Assembly: GCA_002070605.1 (NCBI GenBank)
Contig: MWDO01000003.1
Span: 11,853-75,852, forward strand
Length of the DNA stretch: 64,000 bases
Reading direction: 5' to 3'
From: Spirochaetes bacterium ADurb.Bin133
GTDB taxonomy: Bacteria; Spirochaetota; GWE2-31-10; MWDO01
The notes beneath the pieces were generated by a model, which saw only the letters and a program-made list of their open reading frames with translations, made no database searches and was not told the DNA's origin. This document shows positions 1 through 9,944 of the stretch, one piece after another (position 1 is the first letter of the stretch; each line of letters begins with the position of its first letter). The position numbers and the translations under genes are program-made.

Positions 1-2
1 TA

Positions 3-563
3 AATGATATCAGAGCAACAGAGCTGACTAATGAAGGAATTGAACTTGCAAAAAGTTTTGGTCGAGGTATAGGATGTAAGATTGGTTTTGTAGGCTCAAG
101 TACGTGTACGAGGAATATCCAAACCTGCGAAGAAATATTCAATGGGTGCGGCTATGTATTACCAATAAATCATGCTCGAAATGAATTGGAGCTTCCACAA
201 GTAAACAACAAAGAATTAAGCAATAAAACATTTAAAGAATATAACTTTGAGAATACAAGAATTATTTATGCACTAAAAAATAACGGTCTTCCCGGATTTA
301 ATTCATTAGAAAAAGCAAGTAAGATAATGTTTGATTACATGTTTAGCAATGGAAATAAGGAAAACACTGTAGACTTGTTTTGCACTCATGATTTTCAGAT
401 GGCTATTCTCTATGCACATTTATTTGATTTTGGAAAAACAAAAGATGATTTTGCTAAGTATAAATGGCCCATGATGCTTGAAGGAATGATTACTTGGGGA
501 ACCAAAAGTCATTTTTGGTGTTCGTGGAGGGGAGAAATAAAAGAGTTTGTTGATATGTTTTAA
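3..563 (+). CDS. Histidine phosphatase family protein, 5'-truncated by the window edge
   Basis: Frame is open from position 3, upstream of the ORF-track start at 186. It gives LTNEGIELA..G, GSSTCTRNIQT and LFCTHD, matching His_Phos_1 LT.xG..A, SS..R..QT and THx motifs; the RHG motif lies outside the window. Confidence 0.65.
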   Translation, partial: NDIRATELTNEGIELAKSFGRGIGCKIGFVGSSTCTRNIQTCEEIFNGCGYVLPINHARNELELPQVNNKELSNKTFKEYNFENTRIIYALKNNGLPGFNSLEKASKIMFDYMFSNGNKENTVDLFCTHDFQMAILYAHLFDFGKTKDDFAKYKWPMMLEGMITWGTKSHFWCSWRGEIKEFVDMF

Positions 564-597
564 ATTAACTTTATTTTTCGAGTACAGGAAAACAAAT

Positions 598-625
598 GTA
601 TCCGCCAAATTAGCTCCATAGTAGT
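598..625 (+). mobile_element. Probable IS66-family left end (remnant)
   Basis: GTATCCGCCAAATTAGCTCCATAGTAGT recurs at 11661-11688 with 2 mismatches and lies directly upstream of a tnpA-like remnant; IS66 ends start GTAA/GTAT. Confidence 0.5.
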
Positions 626-678
626 CAAGATAAAAATAATTTTTTATACTTCCGTAAATTATTTTGGGAGTTATAAAA

Positions 679-819
679 ATGAAAGAGGAGACGATAAAAT
701 TCTGGCGGGAGCATATAGAAGGGCTTAGTAAGTTCGGATTGAAGCGCAGGGAGTATTGCGCGACTAAAACGTATTGCGGAATTGCGAAGCGTGGAAACGC
801 AAGCCGGCGAACCGTATGA
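679..819 (+). pseudogene. IS66 TnpA (orfA) N-terminal remnant
   Basis: GGGAG RBS, then MKEETIKFWREHIEGLSKFGLKRREYC, matching the IS66 TnpA W..H...w..SGl....yC pattern. Similarity is lost after a GTATTGCG duplication (752-759/771-778). Confidence 0.55.
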
Positions 820-1570
820 TCTAAAAAGTTTTGACGTGGAGTTTAAGGGCGTTGAGTTTTCCTACAAAGACGGCGTTAAGGTTATCGACGGTATAAGCTT
901 TACCGCAAAGCAAAATACGGTTACGGCTTTTGTCGGTCCGTCGGGCTGCGGGAAAACGACGGTTTTACGTTTGATGTCGAGGCTTTATGATTACGACTCC
1001 GGCGAAATTACGATTGACGGAAAGGATATTAAAACGATCGACGCCGATAGCCTCTTTGATAAAATATCGATTGTATTTCAGGACGTGATGCTTTTTAATA
1101 CTTCTGTTTTGGAAAACATTCGCCTCGGCAATCGCAGCGCCGCCGATGAAGAAGTAAAAAAAGCCGCCGAGCTTGCGAACTGTACCGAGTTTATCGAAAA
1201 GCTGCCTGAAAAGTACGATACGTTTATCGGCGAAAACGGCGCAAAACTTTCCGGCGGCGAGCGTCAGCGTATTTCGATCGCCCGAGCTTTTTTGAAAAAC
1301 GCCCCGATAATAATCCTCGACGAAATATCAGCCTCGCTCGATGTGGAAAACGAAATGGCAATTCAGGGAAGCTTAAACAAACTTTTGGAAAACCGTACTG
1401 TTGTAATAATTTCTCACCGCCTAAAGAGCGTTGAAAATGCAGACAAGATAATCGTAATGAACGAAGGAAAAATCGATGCGAAGGGAAGCCATGATGAGTT
1501 ATTAAAAAGCTCGGAGCTGTACCGAACCTTGATTGAAAAGTCGCAAGCGACGGAGAAGTTTGCGTATTAA
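782..1570 (+). pseudogene. ABC transporter fragment: nucleotide-binding domain only of a TMD-NBD exporter
   Basis: Walker A GPSGCGKT, LSGGERQR, IIILDE and H-loop present. Begins at the TMD-NBD linker (GEPYDLKSFDVEFKGVEFSY) with no membrane domain or RBS, fused to the IS66 remnant. Confidence 0.75.
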
Positions 1571-1580
1571 TTAAACCCAC

Positions 1581-1609
1581 TTGCAAATAATCTAAACTTA
1601 TACTATAAT
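1581..1609 (+). promoter_or_regulatory. sigma70 promoter of the R-M operon (probably leaderless)
   Basis: TTGCAA-17 nt-TATAAT; ATG at 1617 is 7 nt after the -10 box and has no SD. Confidence 0.7.
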
Positions 1610-1616
1610 AGCGCGT

Positions 1617-3827
1617 ATGCAAAAAATGGATGTCATAGAAGAAACTGAAGTTATCACAGAAGAAAATTTGTTGGAAAAAACAGAACTTGAATATCGATTT
1701 TTAGATATACCTCAGAACACATTTTTTTCGATTCTTTTTGAAATGAATCGATATTTTGATAAAAGTTTTGTTCAATGGATTCGTGAAAAAAATCTTAAAC
1801 TAACCCAAGATGAAAGAAATGCTTTAAGAAAATATTTTTACTATGGAGATAAAAAGTTTTTGGCTGAAGCTGGAGTAAAAACTTTTCCACAGTATGTAGC
1901 AACGGAAGAAGATAAATGTCAAGTTTTAATTTCTTTTGATACTCGAACAAAAAAATATGACGCAAAAAAAATTATCAAGTCCATTCAAAAAAGATACCAG
2001 CTTTTGCATAGCAAAAATATGCATGATAATAGCGAAGTTTGGCTTAATTGGTATGAACAGAAGCGTGAAAAATTTGCTTACTCGCTTTTTGTTTTTGAAT
2101 ACAGTATGAGCGATTTTATTGCAGATAATTTTTCTATTGATAACATATTAAAAACTATACAAGATTCCTATGCTAGAATAGAAAACTACCGGTATTTTGT
2201 TTTTAAGTTGGAAGGAAAATTATTTAATGAGCAAAATGAAGACGTAACTTGGCAGACGCTTTACAAGGCGAGCCTTTACGCAGAAAATTTTATGCAGGTT
2301 AAAAACTTTGCCCCCTTTAATCAAAATAAGCGAAAAAAGAAAATTAAAAAACTCGCAAGTTTTTTAGAAGAAAGGTTTTCTTTTTCTGATGATAAAATTT
2401 CTGATAATACGATAAATCAAAATGCTGAAAGTCTTGCCGAAGAGTTTTATCAAAACATTTCTACCGGTTATAAGTTTTCCGATTGTTTAATAAGCGAAAC
2501 CCAAAACAATATTTTGCTTATATTTCAAAAAATTACTCTTGATGAAAATCCTATTCCTTGTCCCGCTTGTATGTCAACTATCCAAAACGGAAACTCTTAT
2601 CCTGAGATGTTTATGAAAAGCTATGAGTGTAAAAATCCTCACTGTCCTGAGCGAAGCAAGTCGGGGCGTGGAAAGCGTTTTACAGAATATTCGGCGTATC
2701 GTTACTTTAAGCTTTCACAAAAAAAAGCAGAGGATGAAATCGATCTGGATATTTTAAAAAAGTGGCGTAAAGATGTTTTTGCTGATCGAAATGATATTGA
2801 TACAATGCTTATAAAATTATATAGCTTTTCAGGAGAAACAGTTTGCTTTACAAAAGAAAAAAGTCTTACAGAAAATTATAAACGCAAAATTAGCCTGTAT
2901 AAAAAAAACGCTGAAAAAGAAATTAACCAAAAAGAAAACGCCGGAGACAAAAGCAACAAAAATAAAAACGCCGGAAACCCAAACAACGAAGACCAAAACA
3001 AATCTTTTAGTAGTTTTGAAAGCTTACCTATTTATCAGCTTTTTTATAAAATAAATAAACTTATAAATTTTAAACATGGTTCAAAAAAATTATCAAAGCA
3101 AATTGAAGTTTTCAATCAAAACTCAAAAACAGGACTTGCAGAATTAGCTCCTAATCAAATCGGAAGCGCAATAACTTCGCCGCCTTATTATAACGCGCGG
3201 GAATACTCGACTTGGGAAAACTTGATTTTTTATTTAATCGATATGATGGATAATGCGAAGACTGTTTATAATTCTTTAATTCCGGATGCTTTTTATTTTT
3301 ATAATATTGGAGATATTGTTTCTCAGGATAATATTTATATAAATTCAAACATGTCAAAAAGGCGTTTGCAACTTGGCTTTCTTTCAGCTTTGGTTTTTGA
3401 AATTGCAGGCTTTAATTTGGTCGGTAATATAATTTGGGATAAGGGGGAGGTGCAATCAAAGCGAAATTCCACAACGAATAATTTTCCTCTTTATGTAAAA
3501 TGTATTAATGTTTACGAACATGTTTTGGTTTTCAAAAAAGGACGCTCTAAAGAAATTATAAGTTCAGTGAAAAAAATTACGCCAGTGATTAAAATTAATT
3601 GCAAAGGCGAAAACATTGCTAAGCACACAGCCCCTTATCCGCTTGAGTTGGTGGAGCTACTTAAACCTTATGCAAAGGACTATGCGCTTGATCCGTTTTT
3701 AGGTTCGGGAACAACGCTTCTTTGGTGCAAACAAAATAATTTTAAAGGTGTGGGGTTTGAAATTAACAAAGAATATTTTGAGCTTGCAAAAGAAAATATT
3801 GAAAATTATCAAAGGGAGCTTTTTTAA
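1617..3827 (+). CDS. beta-class N4/N6 DNA methyltransferase with a long N-terminal extension and Zn ribbon
   Basis: TSPPY (motif IV), HTAPYP and DPFLGSGTT (motif I) in the C-terminal ~250 aa; CPAC...CKNPHC in the extension. Confidence 0.85.
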   Translation: MQKMDVIEETEVITEENLLEKTELEYRFLDIPQNTFFSILFEMNRYFDKSFVQWIREKNLKLTQDERNALRKYFYYGDKKFLAEAGVKTFPQYVATEEDKCQVLISFDTRTKKYDAKKIIKSIQKRYQLLHSKNMHDNSEVWLNWYEQKREKFAYSLFVFEYSMSDFIADNFSIDNILKTIQDSYARIENYRYFVFKLEGKLFNEQNEDVTWQTLYKASLYAENFMQVKNFAPFNQNKRKKKIKKLASFLEERFSFSDDKISDNTINQNAESLAEEFYQNISTGYKFSDCLISETQNNILLIFQKITLDENPIPCPACMSTIQNGNSYPEMFMKSYECKNPHCPERSKSGRGKRFTEYSAYRYFKLSQKKAEDEIDLDILKKWRKDVFADRNDIDTMLIKLYSFSGETVCFTKEKSLTENYKRKISLYKKNAEKEINQKENAGDKSNKNKNAGNPNNEDQNKSFSSFESLPIYQLFYKINKLINFKHGSKKLSKQIEVFNQNSKTGLAELAPNQIGSAITSPPYYNAREYSTWENLIFYLIDMMDNAKTVYNSLIPDAFYFYNIGDIVSQDNIYINSNMSKRRLQLGFLSALVFEIAGFNLVGNIIWDKGEVQSKRNSTTNNFPLYVKCINVYEHVLVFKKGRSKEIISSVKKITPVIKINCKGENIAKHTAPYPLELVELLKPYAKDYALDPFLGSGTTLLWCKQNNFKGVGFEINKEYFELAKENIENYQRELF

Positions 3828-3829
3828 CT

Positions 3830-4453
3830 ATGACGGAAATTGAAGAAAAGAAAAAACAAGTTATCGGTTTATATGGCGAGATGCGATTATCAATGGAACT
3901 ACACGAGTTTGGTTGGCAGGTCCACCGGGCTTATATCGATGAAGGTATAGACTTTGTTATTACAAAATATTATTGTCCTAAATGTAAAAAGTACTCAAAC
4001 CAATGGATAAGATACGCAAAATACAATGGCAAAAAAAGAAAATGTGTTACAAATCTTTGTGAGCATTGTCAAAAAACAGAGCTTGCTGTAATTTCTCGTT
4101 ATTTGCAAGTTAAAACTTCCGAAGGTGTTTCTACGAGAAAAACCAATGTTCGTAAATTTAGCTTTCATCCAAAGATTCGTTACAATATGGGAGAGGAAAT
4201 CTTTTATGTGTGGATTGCTGTGTTCGATACTCCTCGTGAAAAGCTTTGTCATTTTTATATTTTAAACACAAAAGAAGTTTCCAAGTTTGATAATATGTCT
4301 TTACCAACCTACCAAATAACAGACAACCAAAAAACCACTCTTACAATAAATGAGTTCGGCGAGGTTTTAAACAAAGGCGCAAACTATGATTACTCCTGCT
4401 TTAACGCCAAGTTTTTTCAAAACTGGAAAGCTCTTGAGATTGAGATGGAGTAG
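3830..4453 (+). CDS. Putative restriction endonuclease, PD-(D/E)XK fold with Zn-ribbon insertion
   Basis: G..GE...D.GIDF....QVKT catalytic pattern with CPKC...CEHC inserted; starts 2 nt after the MTase stop. Confidence 0.65.
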   Translation: MTEIEEKKKQVIGLYGEMRLSMELHEFGWQVHRAYIDEGIDFVITKYYCPKCKKYSNQWIRYAKYNGKKRKCVTNLCEHCQKTELAVISRYLQVKTSEGVSTRKTNVRKFSFHPKIRYNMGEEIFYVWIAVFDTPREKLCHFYILNTKEVSKFDNMSLPTYQITDNQKTTLTINEFGEVLNKGANYDYSCFNAKFFQNWKALEIEME

Positions 4454-4488
4454 GCGTTGGACGATTGGCTCTTTTGAATTAACCGGCA

Positions 4489-5715
4489 TTAAATACAAGA
4501 AACAGGACAATACCACGTCTCTCTGTTGTAAGGGATAAACTCGTCAGCCATGCAGATTATGAGTCCCGGTTTTACATCCTTTTTTAAGCGCTTTAGCGCA
4601 TCAAAGTTCTTATGAGCGTCTGCGGGGTTCTTTGCCTTTTTAATCTCGATAGGGAAAATTGCATCTCCCTCCGCTACGATGAGGTCTATTTCTCTTTTGT
4701 CTATATCGCGATAGTAAAATAAATTCGGCTCTTTACCGGCATTATGATAAGATTTGACTATTTCGCTCACAACATATGTTTCAAAAAATGCGCCGTCCAT
4801 AGCGCCCTTTTCCAAGGTTTCTGCGCTTGGCCACCTCAAAAGATAGGCAGCCAAGCCGGTATCCATAAAATATGCTTTTGCTGTCTTAACAAGACGCTTC
4901 GTAACATTGGAATAGTACGGCTTTAGAATAAAAATAACGCCCGAGCGCTCCAGGATAGACGCCCAGGCTTTGGCTGTAGGCGCCGATATGCCGATAGAAT
5001 TGGCGATGTCGTCGTACTTTAATTGCTGTCCCGTCCGCGCCGCCATATATACAAGAAAATCATAGAACTCATTTAACTTTCCAACTTGCGCAAGGTCTTT
5101 TATATCCCGCTCAATATATGTATTGATATAATCCATGTAGAACCGATCTCTATCCAAATCCGTAGTATGTAGCTTTGGCATACCGCCGCGAAAGATAGCG
5201 GCATAGACTTCATGGACAGTTTTCGCTTTACTGAATTTTTGCCTCTCTCGTATACGTTCGATTCCAGGATGAAAAACGCGAGCCGGTCTCTCTTCTATCT
5301 CGGCTGACGAAAGGGCTGCCATCTCAAATACAGCTACTCTGCCTGCCAAGGATTCCGACACATCCTGCATCATTTTAAATTTCTGCGATCCGGTCAGCCA
5401 AAACATGCCCATATGCGCTTCGCCGTTCAGAGCTTTTTGGTCGACTATCTTTTTTATTTCTAAAAGAACGGACGGAACGCGCTGAAATTCGTCTATCAGT
5501 AAAGGATATCCGTACGTTTCAAAAAAGAGCGCAGGGTCCGTCTCTGCCAAACGGCGGGCATTACCGTCGTCAAATGTTACATAGCGACGCTCAGGCTCCC
5601 GAATATGATGTAACATAGTCGACTTTCCCACCTGACGCATACCGGTAAGCATGACTACCGGATAATACTGAGACGCTTTAAGAATCTGCTCTTCTAAATG
5701 CCTTTTAATGTACAT
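4489..5715 (-). CDS. AAA_14 + DUF4143 ATP-binding protein
   Basis: GMRQVGKS Walker A, LIDEFQ, LTGSQ, YFMDTGL and EIDL...IEIK; start moved to ATG 5715 (GGGAG RBS). Confidence 0.9.
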   Translation of the reverse strand: MYIKRHLEEQILKASQYYPVVMLTGMRQVGKSTMLHHIREPERRYVTFDDGNARRLAETDPALFFETYGYPLLIDEFQRVPSVLLEIKKIVDQKALNGEAHMGMFWLTGSQKFKMMQDVSESLAGRVAVFEMAALSSAEIEERPARVFHPGIERIRERQKFSKAKTVHEVYAAIFRGGMPKLHTTDLDRDRFYMDYINTYIERDIKDLAQVGKLNEFYDFLVYMAARTGQQLKYDDIANSIGISAPTAKAWASILERSGVIFILKPYYSNVTKRLVKTAKAYFMDTGLAAYLLRWPSAETLEKGAMDGAFFETYVVSEIVKSYHNAGKEPNLFYYRDIDKREIDLIVAEGDAIFPIEIKKAKNPADAHKNFDALKRLKKDVKPGLIICMADEFIPYNRETWYCPVSCI

Positions 5716-6149
5716 GAAAACAGTCTCCCTTTGAGAAATATAAACGAGAAATATAAAACCTGACTTTATTTTACTCGAATTTTGATAAAAAAGCAAGACA
5801 TTCTCATTAGAAAACAGACGCAAAGCGCGCTAAGATTTTAAAAGTTTTAGGTATGAAAGAAAACAGTCCGAAAGATAATTGGTTTTATTTGCTTGAAGAG
5901 CTCGAAAACCGAGGCAAACAGGCGGATTTAAAAATAGTGAAAAAGGTTGAATTTTGTCCGTTTTTCGGAATTGGTGTTTTACAAAAAAAATTCTAAATAA
6001 TTCATAAAGACTTTTATCCTCGTTGCATCTGCGCATATATTTTAGTATTTGTTCCGTGCAAATGCAACAATCAATATTGTAAATAAACGTAAAAACAGTC
6101 TTCACATTAAATTTTTATTCTGGTACGCTCAGAAAAAGAGGCAGAGATT

Positions 6150-7133
6150 ATGTATCATTCAAGATGGAAAAAAGATCATTATTCAGCCGGATTTGCGTAT
6201 GGGAATCGACTGCGCGAAAATAATGTAAAGATTGATTTTAAAGAATTTTTAACTGATAAAAAACTTGAATATGGAAAAGAAGCATTGAGTATCTATCAAA
6301 GGTACTACTCTGATATTATTCAAGAAATTCAAGGTTTTGCAGATGGACAAAAAGCCGGTTTTAACGAAGTCTTTTCATTTCTTGTTGGGATGTATGTATT
6401 TACTTATGGTACATATTGTTCTATGTTTGCCATTTCAAATAAAAATGGATTTTATTTTGCAAGAAATAGCGATTTCAAAACTGAAATTGAAAAATTATCA
6501 GATAGCGCATTTTATGCTTTAGACACAGGCTATTCTTTTATTGGAAACACTACCGCAATGATCCAAGTGGAAGACGGGATAAATGAAGAAGGGTTGGCTT
6601 GCGGACTGACCTTTGTATATCCTACAGTAAAAGACAAAGGGTTCAATGCCGGCTTCCTGGTAAGATATATTTTAGAAAAATGTAAGACCGTTGAAGAAGT
6701 CAAAGATTTTTTAGAAAATGTTCCAATCGGGTCTTCACAAAATATTATTGCAATAGATAAAAAAGGAAAGATTTTATCTGCAGAATTAAATTCAAAATGT
6801 AAAAACATAGAAATATGCAAGAACGCATATAAGTCAAATCATTTTATATCAGAAAAATTAAAACCATATCAATACAATGGCGAAGATGATATTTTTTCTC
6901 ACGAAAGATACCAAACTTTAGAAAAACAAAATTTTAATGAATATGTATTAGATGATATATTTGCTTTATTAAGAGGGGATAACGGCTTTATGTGTCAATA
7001 TGATAGAAAAAGAGGTTTTGATACCATTTGGTCATCAGTATACGATATCGGAAATAAGACTATTTATAGATGTGAAGGCAATCCTTGTAGAAAAAAATAC
7101 AAAATAGATGAAAGGTTGGAGTTTAAATGCTAA
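6150..7133 (+). CDS. C45-family (acyl-CoA:6-APA acyltransferase-like) Ntn hydrolase
   Basis: YCS nucleophile followed by FARNSDF; DGINEEGLACG, SNHF and GTIW-like DTIWS. Confidence 0.85.
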   Translation: MYHSRWKKDHYSAGFAYGNRLRENNVKIDFKEFLTDKKLEYGKEALSIYQRYYSDIIQEIQGFADGQKAGFNEVFSFLVGMYVFTYGTYCSMFAISNKNGFYFARNSDFKTEIEKLSDSAFYALDTGYSFIGNTTAMIQVEDGINEEGLACGLTFVYPTVKDKGFNAGFLVRYILEKCKTVEEVKDFLENVPIGSSQNIIAIDKKGKILSAELNSKCKNIEICKNAYKSNHFISEKLKPYQYNGEDDIFSHERYQTLEKQNFNEYVLDDIFALLRGDNGFMCQYDRKRGFDTIWSSVYDIGNKTIYRCEGNPCRKKYKIDERLEFKC

Positions 7134-7171
7134 AAAAAGACAGATTGAAAAACTGGTTGGAAAAAGGTAAT

Positions 7172-7363
7172 CCTATCGGTTTTTTGGAAATTGACACATA
7201 TGGGTCTCATAACCGCCGCCGCGCTCCCCGATGAAAATTCGACGCATATGGAGCTATATGCGCCGCGCGACAATTATCATATAAAAATTGAACGCGCATG
7301 CGTCAATTTTATCTTTAGCGCCATATGTGTCAATTTTGTTTCGTCCCCCAAAAAACCGATAGG
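7172..7363. repeat. MITE-like modular repeat, complete copy
   Basis: Perfect 16-bp terminal inverted repeats CCTATCGGTTTTTTGG (7172-7187) / CCAAAAAACCGATAGG (7348-7363) enclosing four CATATG-type units; near-identical inverted copy at 27460-27676. Confidence 0.9.
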
Positions 7364-7387
7364 GATACATTTACCTTATTATTTTTC

Positions 7388-7436
7388 TTGACTCAGTTAC
7401 AAAGAAGTTGTATTATTTAGTTAGTCTTAGCTAACA
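7388..7436 (+). promoter_or_regulatory. sigma70 promoter plus palindromic operator (TetR-like)
   Basis: TTGACT-17-TATTAT followed by TTAGTTAG-N6-CTAAC; the same operator occurs at 27381-27401. Confidence 0.65.
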
Positions 7437-7458
7437 TAAAGCCAAGGAGATATATACA

Positions 7459-7684
7459 ATGGGAATTATAAAAAAAAATTTTCAGTCATACGTGTAAGCC
7501 GGAGGGCTTTCTTGGAAAAATGATGCTAAACAGAATGAATGCAGGACACGCAAAAATTATCGACGGCATGAAATGTTATGCAATAGAGGAAATCGAAGCG
7601 GCGCTGAGGAATGCAGGCTTTTCAGAGGTTGAATCCGAACATCATCATGCAAAGCCGTGGATTACGGTTTTGGCAAAGAAGTAA
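7459..7684 (+). pseudogene. Class I SAM methyltransferase, frameshifted and internally deleted
   Basis: AAGGAG RBS. After removing one A from a 9-A run it reads MGIIKKIFSHTCKPEGFLGKMMLNRMNAGHAK joined directly to IIDGMKCY...GFSEVESEHHHAKPWITVLAKK*, i.e. the N- and C-termini of a known MTase family without the SAM-binding core. Confidence 0.7.
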
Positions 7685-7713
7685 ATGGGAAAGATGAATA
7701 CGAGGAAACTTTG

Positions 7714-8331
7714 ATGAAAAAAAATACGCTGTTTTGGGATCGCGTTGCCTTCGTCTACGATATTTTTGTGAATGTCATAAATGTAAAAACGCATCGGCAA
7801 TTGCGCCGCGAGATTTGTGATTTAATTGAGCCGTCCGATGTCGTTTTAGAATGCGCATGCGGAACGGGTATGCTCGCGGAAGTCATTGCGCCTCGATGCG
7901 CAAAATTGATAGCGACGGATTTTTCAACAAAGATGTTACAAAAGACAGAGAAAAAATGCAAGCGATTTACAAATACAACATATACGATAGCTAACATACT
8001 AGATTTAAATTTTGAAACCGGCTCGTTCGACACAGTTGTCGCCGGCAACGTCGTTCACCTGCTCCGCGATCCGCGCGAAGCGTTGCAAGAATTAGACCGC
8101 GTGTGCCGTCCGGGCGGAAAAATTATTATACCGACCTATATCAATAAAGATGAAAACAACAAAGAGAATAAATTTGCAAAAATAGCTGGGAAAATCGGGA
8201 CAGGTTTTAAAAATAAATTTACGTTTGATTCATACGAGCGATTTTTTATTGACGCGGGTTACGACGATGCAAAGTTTATTACGGTCGAGGGAAAAATTCC
8301 CTGCTCAATTGCGGTGATAGAGAAAAAGTAA
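7714..8331 (+). CDS. Class I SAM-dependent methyltransferase
   Basis: VLECACGTG, ATDFS and FDTVVAGNVVH motifs; start moved to ATG 7714 (GAGGA RBS). Confidence 0.9.
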   Translation: MKKNTLFWDRVAFVYDIFVNVINVKTHRQLRREICDLIEPSDVVLECACGTGMLAEVIAPRCAKLIATDFSTKMLQKTEKKCKRFTNTTYTIANILDLNFETGSFDTVVAGNVVHLLRDPREALQELDRVCRPGGKIIIPTYINKDENNKENKFAKIAGKIGTGFKNKFTFDSYERFFIDAGYDDAKFITVEGKIPCSIAVIEKK

Positions 8332-8351
8332 AAAAATAAAGGAGTATTGAT

Positions 8352-9185
8352 ATGAAAAAGATTAAAATAGAAAAAAATACCGTTCAGGAAACGCTTATAA
8401 TTCCTCTGTACGGAAGAAAAATGTGTTCCGAGAAATTCCCCAAACTCTATACGGATATTTTTGCAAAGGAATTATGCGATAGGTTGGACTATGATTTTTC
8501 AGAATTAGAAAAAAAGAATAATTCGTTTTTGTATGAATTTGGTTCTCTTGAAGCTGCGATGCGGCAGTTGGATATGATATGGGAGATTAAAGCGTATTTA
8601 AAAAAGCGCCCCAAAGCAACGATTGTCAATCTCGGCTGCGGCTTGGACGAAACAGGAAAAGCCTGCGATAACGGACTGTGTCGTATCGTAAATGTTGATT
8701 TTCCCGACGTCATATCAGCTCGTAAGCAATTAATTACTGAACAGGAACGAGAAAAAAATATTGCCTGCGATTTAAAAGATTATTCGTGGATGGATGAAGT
8801 CGACGGTTCTAACGGAGTTATTTTTTTTGCCGCCGGAGTATTTCATTATTTTAAGATGGACGAAGTAAAGTCTTTGGCGTTAGAACTTTCAAAAAGATAT
8901 TCGGGGGGACGCTTAGTTTTTGACAGCGTAGGCAAGCTCGGTTTAAAACTGATGATGGCAACGGCATTAAAGAACATGGGTATTAACAATGTAGACGGTT
9001 TATTTTACGTAAATAATCCAAAAAAAGAACTAAATTGGTCGGAAAGAATTAAGGTTACTTCAAAAGGCTATATGCTGGGATATTACGATATGAAAAGTCC
9101 GGGTATTCGTTTTTCACATCGCCTGCTTGCAAAAATGGCAGATAAAATAATAAAGATGGCGATAAACAAAATGGAATTTGAATAA
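8352..9185 (+). CDS. LCM/TcmP-like O-methyltransferase
   Basis: VQETLIIPLYGR, IVNLGCGLD, NVDFPDV and FFAAGVFHYF. Confidence 0.9.
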   Translation: MKKIKIEKNTVQETLIIPLYGRKMCSEKFPKLYTDIFAKELCDRLDYDFSELEKKNNSFLYEFGSLEAAMRQLDMIWEIKAYLKKRPKATIVNLGCGLDETGKACDNGLCRIVNVDFPDVISARKQLITEQEREKNIACDLKDYSWMDEVDGSNGVIFFAAGVFHYFKMDEVKSLALELSKRYSGGRLVFDSVGKLGLKLMMATALKNMGINNVDGLFYVNNPKKELNWSERIKVTSKGYMLGYYDMKSPGIRFSHRLLAKMADKIIKMAINKMEFE

Positions 9186-9238
9186 AGGAAAAAAAACCAT
9201 GTTCGATTGCGGCGATAGAGAGACAAGGAGAAAATAAA

Positions 9239-9925
9239 TTGATTATGGGACGAAAAGAAAAAATCCAAAGCGTATATCGTCTTACCGGAAGCAATAAGTT
9301 TTATGACGGCATGATAACTTGTTCTACGCTTTCCGGCAAGATAGTCAGCCGGATAATTTGGAATATGAATGCGGAAGAAAGTTCCGAATATCAGATGCGG
9401 GCGTTATCAGGCATTCCGGAGGATTTTTCAGGCGCATTGTTGGAAGTTCCTGTAGGTACGGGAATTTTAACGGTTCCGATTTATCAAACAATCCCTCATG
9501 CCGACATTACATGCTTGGACTATTCGCCGGATATGATGGCGCAAGCCCGAGAAAAGGCGGAGCGAATAGGTCTTACAAATATTTCTTTCAGGCAGGGGGA
9601 TGTGGGAGCGTTGCCTTTTGAAGACGGCAGTTTCGATATTGTTCTTTCGCTCAACGGTTTTCACGCGTTCCCGGATAAAGAAGCGGCATACCGAGAAACG
9701 TTCCGGGTCTTGAAAAGCGGCGGCGTATTTTGCGGTTGTTTTTATGTGAAAGGTCTTTGCAAACAAACGGATTTTTTTATCCGTTATCTTTATCAACCGC
9801 TAAAATTTTTTACGCCGCCGTATGAGACAATGAACAGCTTGAACATACGCCTTAAAAATATGTATGAACGCGCGGAGTTAAGCAATGTAAAGGGAATCGC
9901 CTGTTTTATGTGTCGTAAAAAATGA
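9239..9925 (+). CDS. Class I SAM-dependent methyltransferase (UbiE/Methyltransf_11-like)
   Basis: LLEVPVGTG, CLDYS, QGDVGALPFEDGSFD and RVLKSGG. Confidence 0.9.
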   Translation: MIMGRKEKIQSVYRLTGSNKFYDGMITCSTLSGKIVSRIIWNMNAEESSEYQMRALSGIPEDFSGALLEVPVGTGILTVPIYQTIPHADITCLDYSPDMMAQAREKAERIGLTNISFRQGDVGALPFEDGSFDIVLSLNGFHAFPDKEAAYRETFRVLKSGGVFCGCFYVKGLCKQTDFFIRYLYQPLKFFTPPYETMNSLNIRLKNMYERAELSNVKGIACFMCRKK

Positions 9926-9944
9926 ATATATTAAGGAAAAAATC

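Noticed and set aside
5832-5930. Possible IS256 transposase crumb (KVLGMKENSPKDNWFYLLEELENRG)
   Set aside because: About 25 aa of weak similarity with no ends or further motifs; cannot be supported without a search
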